Below are positions 36,599 to 41,068 of a DNA stretch of 41,068 bases, piece after piece. The notes under the pieces are model-generated. The model searched no databases, was not told the DNA's origin, and saw only the letters and a program-made list of their open reading frames with translations. A program made the position numbers and the translations under genes. The DNA is taken from positions 64,132 to 105,199 of the forward strand of contig CAZICM010000013.1 in assembly GCA_964537685.1 (NCBI GenBank), in the 5' to 3' direction. The first letter of the stretch is position 1. The number at the start of each line of letters is the position of its first letter. This DNA is from an uncultured Polyangiaceae bacterium. GTDB taxonomy: Bacteria; Myxococcota_A; Polyangia; Polyangiales; Polyangiaceae.

Positions 36599-37603
36599 TC
36601 AATCCGCCGTTTCTCCGCTTGGCTTTGGCGGCTCGGGGGCGAGCTTTGAAAGCCATCCGAGGAGCTGGGGAATCATGCTCTCGACCGCGCTCGAGCCATG
36701 GCCCGCATTGGCCGCGATGAGCTTCTGTTTGTTGCTGTTTTTCGCTAAGGAAAGCAGCTCGTCGTTGCCTTTTGGATCGACGAGTGCATCGAAAGCCCCC
36801 TGAACGAGCAAGATCGGCCGATCCACGGCGCCAATGTTTTCGTCACACGCATCCATGATCCCCCCCTGTGCCGACATATAACGCATGCTAAAATAGCGGA
36901 CTACCAGCGGATCTTTCTGCATTGCAATGCCCTCGGCGCGATCGTGTTCGTTCTTTACCGCCTCTGGGTTGCGGTTCATATCCACCGTAAGGGCGGATGA
37001 ACGAAAAATATAATTGGCCGCATAAACAAAATAGTCGCAAAAGGATGGCCCCATTCCATCGGCGTAGATCAATTTATAGGCGGGATTCACCAAGATTAGC
37101 CCGCTAAGGGCCTTCGGCGACGTTGCAGCGACGTGAAGGGCAAATGCGGCGCCGGCGCTATGCCCCAGAAAGAATAGTGGTTTTCCCGGGAAACGCTTGG
37201 TGAGCTGATGCAAAAACGCCTGATAATCACCGAGAAAGAGCGTGTAGTCTTCGATATCGCCGCGCAGGCCCGAGGAATAACCGCTTCCCCGGGGATGAAG
37301 AATAGCCGTTGCAAACCCTGCTTGATGCAATGCCTTCGTGAAATTTGGGTAAAGAGGCGCAGACGAGATCTCTGGGCCGAGGACATACCAGACGATTCCG
37401 CGCGGATTTTGATCGCCTTCGATGGATGTGTACAACTGTATATCGCCGACTCCCTGCATAAAGGTGGCCGAGGCAGGCGGCGCCACGGGTGGCTCGGTCA
37501 TGCGGGGATGTGAAGCACATCCAGCAGCAAATAATCCCAAAACCATAGATAGGAGTATGCCCTTTATCGAATGGTTATTGAGCATAATCGATTTCAATGC
37601 CAA
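36599..37603 (-). CDS. Alpha/beta-hydrolase-fold lipoprotein (lysophospholipase/monoacylglycerol-lipase-like).
   Basis: The nucleophile elbow is FFLGHSAGAAFALH (GxSxG). An N-terminal signal with FAAGC lipobox is present. The C-terminal QGAFDALVD and GHGSS fit the acid/His region of the family. Confidence 0.7.
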   Translation of the reverse strand: MALKSIMLNNHSIKGILLSMVLGLFAAGCASHPRMTEPPVAPPASATFMQGVGDIQLYTSIEGDQNPRGIVWYVLGPEISSAPLYPNFTKALHQAGFATAILHPRGSGYSSGLRGDIEDYTLFLGDYQAFLHQLTKRFPGKPLFFLGHSAGAAFALHVAATSPKALSGLILVNPAYKLIYADGMGPSFCDYFVYAANYIFRSSALTVDMNRNPEAVKNEHDRAEGIAMQKDPLVVRYFSMRYMSAQGGIMDACDENIGAVDRPILLVQGAFDALVDPKGNDELLSLAKNSNKQKLIAANAGHGSSAVESMIPQLLGWLSKLAPEPPKPSGETAD

Positions 37604-38324
37604 ATGAAAAGCCCAGCCATACCGTGTGCGCCTGTTCGCGGCGTTCGAGCCTTAAAAAATAGCCTCTGCCCATATTGGCACCGTATTTAGAAAATGTTTT
37701 TCCAAAGCGCGCGCCCAGCGCAAACAAGGTTTCGTCGGCGAAGGGAATCAAGGTTGAAGCATTTTGGCGGGGCTCTTCCAAGGGCGTCCATGCAATGGCC
37801 CAAAGCGCGCTGATTCGCGCTAAATGCGTGAGATCAAATTCAAAGCGCATTTCGGCCGGCATTGAAAAGGCAAATGGAATGCGGGCTGCTACACCGTTAA
37901 TTCCAATTCCAAAGAATGTGCCGAAATAACCGGTCGGCCCAAATGCAATGGCAAATCCTGCGGGATAAAAATCGACGCCTGCGCTAAATCCGGCCGAATG
38001 GCTTCCTCCAAGCTCAAAGCCCAGGCCCGTGCCGAATCCAAAGCGTTTGCCGTAAATCGCGCGTGTGGACAGCCCTCCCGTAAATAGGTCGGAGACGCCG
38101 CCCGAATACTTTTCATTGCGCGCGTGCGCATAGCGCAAATACATATGCGCCGTGCCCAGTCCAAATTGGCGCCCGCTGATATCTTCAAAATGCGGCTCGC
38201 TTTCATCGCTGTATTCAGACCCGGCGGCGATCATATCCGCATCCGCGCGCTTGCCCCAAATTCCAAGGGCCAACGCGATACATCCAGCCATCGCGCGGCG
38301 TTGCATCCGCATGCTCCAAGCCAT
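37575..38324 (-). CDS. Putative outer-membrane beta-barrel protein, hypothetical.
   Basis: The signal peptide is MAWSMRMQRRAMAGCIALALGIWG. The body is Gly/aromatic-rich with alternating strands (GFGTGLGFELGGSHSAGFSAGVDFYPAGFAIAFGPTGYFGTFFGIGING) and has an aromatic-rich C-terminus. Confidence 0.5.
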   Translation of the reverse strand: MAWSMRMQRRAMAGCIALALGIWGKRADADMIAAGSEYSDESEPHFEDISGRQFGLGTAHMYLRYAHARNEKYSGGVSDLFTGGLSTRAIYGKRFGFGTGLGFELGGSHSAGFSAGVDFYPAGFAIAFGPTGYFGTFFGIGINGVAARIPFAFSMPAEMRFEFDLTHLARISALWAIAWTPLEEPRQNASTLIPFADETLFALGARFGKTFSKYGANMGRGYFLRLERREQAHTVWLGFSFGIEIDYAQ

Positions 38325-38450
38325 GGCGCAGCATTATCAGACGATGGCTATTGAAGTCCAACACAACCGGCACTAAATACGGTACTCGGCGTCCGCCGGA
38401 ATTCACCGGCGCTGCTTTGGCCCTAGTTTTCCCATTCTGAGAGGGTTTTT

Positions 38451-39212
38451 GTGATCAACATCAACGCAGAAGCTCCTTTGTTTAGCCTGCCCGACCATTT
38501 AGGAAGGTTGGTTTCGCTCGAATCCTTCCGCAATAAAAGGCATGTGCTTCTTCTCTTTTATCCACTCGATTTCACACCGACGTGAAGCCGCGAAGTGCCG
38601 GCCGTGCAAGCCCATCTCGCGGGCTTTTCGGCTGCCCACACCCAGGTCTTGGGTGTCAGCGTGGATAGCGTTTTTAGTCATGCCAATTGGGCCGCGAAGG
38701 ATCTAGGCGGCGTTTCCTTTCCCTTGCTCGCCGATTTTCATCCCAAGGGGAAAGTCTCAAGCGCATTCGGCGCCTATTTGGAGCAGGCGGGTATTAGCGA
38801 TCGGGCAACGGTGATTATCGATGCCTCGGGCATTGTGCGTTATTCGGAAAGCGTAACGCCGGCCGGGGAACGCGATATCGCTGCGCTTGTTGCCCAAGCC
38901 GAGAAGGTCGATCGGGAATATGGGCAGCCGCTCCCCGGCGCTGCCAATCCAACAGGAATCGCTAACAATTCTATTTTATTTGTAAAGAGCCGCTGTGGAT
39001 TTTCAAAAGCGGTCTTGCTGGCCCGGGATAATTTGCATTTGGGCGATGCGCTGCCCGTGCGCAATGTGACGGAAGATCCTTCGGCGCTGGAGGATCTTAA
39101 AGCCTTGACGGGAAGGGAAACGGCGCCGTGCATGGTCGCCGATGGACGGCCTATGCATGAGTCGAAGGAGATTATTGCCTATCTCGCGGCGAATACGGCT
39201 CCCCTTATTTAA
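38451..39212 (+). CDS. Peroxiredoxin (AhpC/TSA-family) to CGFS-type glutaredoxin-like fusion. The predicted selenoprotein has an in-frame TGA (38583-38585) at the peroxidatic-Cys position.
   Basis: Reading from the GTG at 38451 (RBS-like GAGAGGG upstream) gives VININAEAPLFSLPDHLGRLVSLESFRNKRHVLLLFYPLDFTPT-[TGA]-SREVPAVQAHLAGFSAAHTQVLGVSVDSVFSHANW. This aligns residue-for-residue with the Prx core FYPLDFTFVCPTE...LGVSVDS.FSHKAW, with TGA replacing the Cp codon. The C-terminal 90 aa (ILFVKSRCGFSKAVLL...TAPCMVADGRPMHESKEIIAYL) has a glutaredoxin fold pattern with a CGFS motif. The ORF caller reports only 38595..39212. Confidence 0.7.
38583..38640 (+). other. Predicted selenocysteine (UGA) codon plus a downstream candidate SECIS-like stem-loop region.
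   Basis: TGA lies at 38583-38585 in the Prx frame. Immediately 3' is AGCCGCGAAGUGCCGGCCGUGCAAGCCCAUCUCGCGGGCU. Here AGCCGCGA can pair with UCGCGGGCU with one bulge, and AAGCCC/GGGCUU-type inner pairing is possible. The structure was not computationally folded. Confidence 0.35.
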
Positions 39213-40258
39213 TGCGGTGATTGAGGACATAACTCGGTCAATCCAAAACACGCTTGGACAGGCCCTTTGGGGCATGAAGCCTTTGGGGAATCGCCCTGAA
39301 TATTGCGCCTATACGCAAGGGCATCCGGGTAAAGGGGCGTGTTGACGAACAGCGAATATCCCTGCCGAGGGCACGCTTTATCTAAATCGGCGGCCCGCTC
39401 TATTTTAAAGCGAAAATGATTCAATCGATAAGCCTCGATGCGCCGGGCCCGCCCCAATGGCTTCCACAATTGTTTGGCCTCCTCCAGATCCATCACATAA
39501 AACAGCCCAGCCCCCTGCTCGCTGACGGATTCAATGCAGAGCTCTTGCGCGCCGTCGCCATTTAAATCCATCATGCGGTGCCGCCTATAGGAAAGCGTTG
39601 AAGCGCCATCCGACACATCCTCCGACCATTGCGTGAGTGTGTGTATGACGCGAATCCCTTCTTTGTGCGGGATCATGATTGCAATTTCATCATCAAGCCC
39701 ATACATCCCGTCGTGTTCATGGGAAGTGCGCACGGCTCCCAGCCAGAGGGTGATTTTCGACAATACGATGGTATTTGTATGGCGGTAGGCACAGCGGTGA
39801 ATGTCTTCGCCCGCAGGCTGTTTATCGGCTCTTCCCTCGCGCGGGCAAGGCAGCGCGCGGTTCCATTCGTCCTCTTGAATCAGGGCCAGGGCATGCTCTT
39901 CTTCGGAGGGATTGACAACATCGGGGCCTCCGGGAAGATCCAATTCGATTAAATTGGGCGCAGGTTCGGAGCGGGGCTCGATAGGGCCTTCCGCATAAGG
40001 CGATGGACGTTTTGGGGCGTCTGTAAATGCCGCTGCGATTTCCGGAGCCTGTGCGGGCGCAGGCGGACGCGAAGACGCTTGGGGTTGCGACGCTGAAAGA
40101 AGCACGGCGGGTGCTGCGGGACGATTGGGAGCAGAGGCTTTTTCTGCCGCTCCCGGGCATCCCAGGATCAGGAAAGCCGATGCCAAGAAAAACAAAATTG
40201 AAAAGCGGCGATCCAATTGTTTCGTATTGATGTGAAATTTTTTACAAATTGCAGACAT
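39209..40258 (-). CDS. Lipoprotein, hypothetical, with a Pro/Ala-rich linker.
   Basis: The ORF runs from 40336. The internal ATG at 40258 gives MSAICKKFHINTKQLDRRFSILFFLASAFLILGCPG (a basic n-region, an h-region and an LILGC lipobox). This start overlaps the upstream Cys-rich gene's stop by only 17 nt instead of 95 nt. Confidence 0.55.
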   Translation of the reverse strand: MSAICKKFHINTKQLDRRFSILFFLASAFLILGCPGAAEKASAPNRPAAPAVLLSASQPQASSRPPAPAQAPEIAAAFTDAPKRPSPYAEGPIEPRSEPAPNLIELDLPGGPDVVNPSEEEHALALIQEDEWNRALPCPREGRADKQPAGEDIHRCAYRHTNTIVLSKITLWLGAVRTSHEHDGMYGLDDEIAIMIPHKEGIRVIHTLTQWSEDVSDGASTLSYRRHRMMDLNGDGAQELCIESVSEQGAGLFYVMDLEEAKQLWKPLGRARRIEAYRLNHFRFKIERAADLDKACPRQGYSLFVNTPLYPDALAYRRNIQGDSPKASCPKGPVQACFGLTELCPQSPH

Positions 40259-41068
40259 TATAAACGGCGCAATCGGCGGAGCATTGCGCGCAGGTGCAGG
40301 CGTAGACGGGATCGTAGAGCGGCTTGGCGTTGGCATATTGCATATCGCACATATCGGCGCAGGCGGCGTCGCCGCAGGCTTGCACGCAGCTTAGCCATTG
40401 GCTGCACAAGGCATTGAATTGGCAAGTGCTCAAGGGCTGAATACAATTGGCCTGAGCACAGGTGGAGCAGTCCACAGGCGAGCTTCCCACTTTGCCGCAT
40501 GAATTAAAGTCGCTGCAGTCCGCCGTGCAAGCCGCGCAATTGCAGGTGTAAATCGCGTCGAATAGCGGCTTGGCGTTGGCATATTGCATATCGCATTGCA
40601 TGGAGCACGGTTCATCATTGCAGGATTGCATGCAGGTGAGCCACTGACCGCACAAGGCATCATTTTGGCAGGCCATTACGGCATTGGGACAATGCGCCGA
40701 TGTACAGGATTGGCAGCTCTGCCAGTTGGTGGTTTTGCAGGGATTGAACATCGCGCATTCGGTTGTGCAATTGTTGCAATTGCATGCATAAATTTGATCG
40801 TATTGTGGCTTTGCATTAGGATATTGCATATCGCACATATCGGTGCAGGCGCTGTCCGTACACATTTGAACGCATTGAAGCCATGGCTGGCATGTTGCAT
40901 TGAATTGACAGGCATTGATTTCGTTAATGCAGTTGGCGGTCGAGCAATTAAAGCAATCGGCGACGGTAGCTCCACCGCCTTGGCCCATTCCGCCTTGGTT
41001 CATGCCGCCTTGATTCATGCCGCCTTGATTCATGCCGCCTTGGTTCATGCCGCCTTGGTTCATGCCGC
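40242..41068 (-). CDS. Cysteine-rich protein with three tandem roughly 83-aa 10-Cys repeats and an N-proximal (MNQGG)n pentapeptide repeat. The 5' end runs off the window.
   Basis: The three repeats share C..C....C.....CQ.NA.C..WL.C.Q.C.D..C...CDMQYANAKP.YD..Y.C.C..C...C...N.C. Nucleotide-level periodicity of about 249 bp is visible (gcttggcgttggcatattgcatatcgca at 40322 and 40571; a variant at 40811). The reading frame is open to the window edge through the 15-bp repeats. Confidence 0.6.
   Translation of the reverse strand, partial: GMNQGGMNQGGMNQGGMNQGGMNQGGMGQGGGATVADCFNCSTANCINEINACQFNATCQPWLQCVQMCTDSACTDMCDMQYPNAKPQYDQIYACNCNNCTTECAMFNPCKTTNWQSCQSCTSAHCPNAVMACQNDALCGQWLTCMQSCNDEPCSMQCDMQYANAKPLFDAIYTCNCAACTADCSDFNSCGKVGSSPVDCSTCAQANCIQPLSTCQFNALCSQWLSCVQACGDAACADMCDMQYANAKPLYDPVYACTCAQCSADCAVYNVCNL
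40986..41068. repeat. 15-bp tandem repeat (catgccgccttgRtt), about 5.5 copies, encoding (MNQGG)n on the minus strand. The window end truncates it.
   Basis: Direct reading gives cattccgccttggtt, catgccgccttgatt x2, catgccgccttggtt x2, then catgccgc. Confidence 0.9.

Noticed and set aside
38595-39212. The ORF-caller start of the peroxiredoxin at GTG 38595, with TGA 38583 as a genuine stop.
   Set aside because: The upstream frame from 38451 encodes the conserved Prx N-terminal strand and the FYPLDFT motif. The TGA falls exactly at the peroxidatic Cys position with perfect downstream register. This is better explained by Sec recoding, or less likely a nonsense mutation, than by two genes.
1-41068. 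A search for tRNA, rRNA, CRISPR and IS/transposase genes.
   Set aside because: No GTTCGAATCC-type T-arm contexts, rRNA-like conserved stretches, spaced repeats or transposase-like ORFs were seen in the intergenic regions. Because no covariance models were run, small ncRNAs cannot be excluded.

Overview
This is a 41 kb chromosomal window with moderately high GC that carries about 38 protein-coding genes on both strands. No rRNA, tRNA or CRISPR array was found. The gene content suggests a Myxococcota-like deltaproteobacterium, though this is inference only. The content includes many lipoproteins, a MopE-type DCDD/DNDGD cysteine-rich secreted protein, several other cysteine-rich repeat proteins, a Ser/Thr-kinase-like gene, and Spy/CpxP, UspA and Nif3 genes. 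Housekeeping genes are confidently recognisable: class I fumarate hydratase (fumA), gpsA, an enoyl-CoA hydratase, a GT4 glycosyltransferase, a class A FAD monooxygenase and a SAM-dependent methyltransferase. Five things stand out. (1) At about 23.3-26.5 kb there is a two-gene, translationally coupled operon. It encodes a roughly 264-aa protein with the hallmarks of a bacterial gasdermin (Cys4 after Met, correct size, Gly-rich amphipathic beta segments). Five nucleotides downstream sits a 773-aa protein whose C-terminus is a CHAT/caspase-like His-Cys protease. Its 550-aa N-terminal region is uncharacterised. A MutS-domain-III/V ATPase gene lies convergent to this pair and overlaps its 3' end. 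(2) At 38451-39212 a peroxiredoxin reading frame has an in-frame TGA at exactly the position of the peroxidatic cysteine. This predicts a selenocysteine peroxiredoxin, and it is fused to a CGFS-type glutaredoxin-like domain; the ORF caller truncated it. (3) A full-length bacterial homolog of the eukaryotic major vault protein lies at 3114-5624. (4) A 783-aa gamma-class N6-adenine DNA methyltransferase with an MmeI-like Type IIG architecture has no separate endonuclease gene. (5) There are tandemly duplicated cysteine-rich secreted paralogs next to two XRE regulators, a triple-repeat cysteine-rich protein with an (MNQGG)n tail cut by the window edge, and a 42-bp tandem repeat at the window start. 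The long antisense ORFs inside MVP, GT4 and gpsA are judged spurious.
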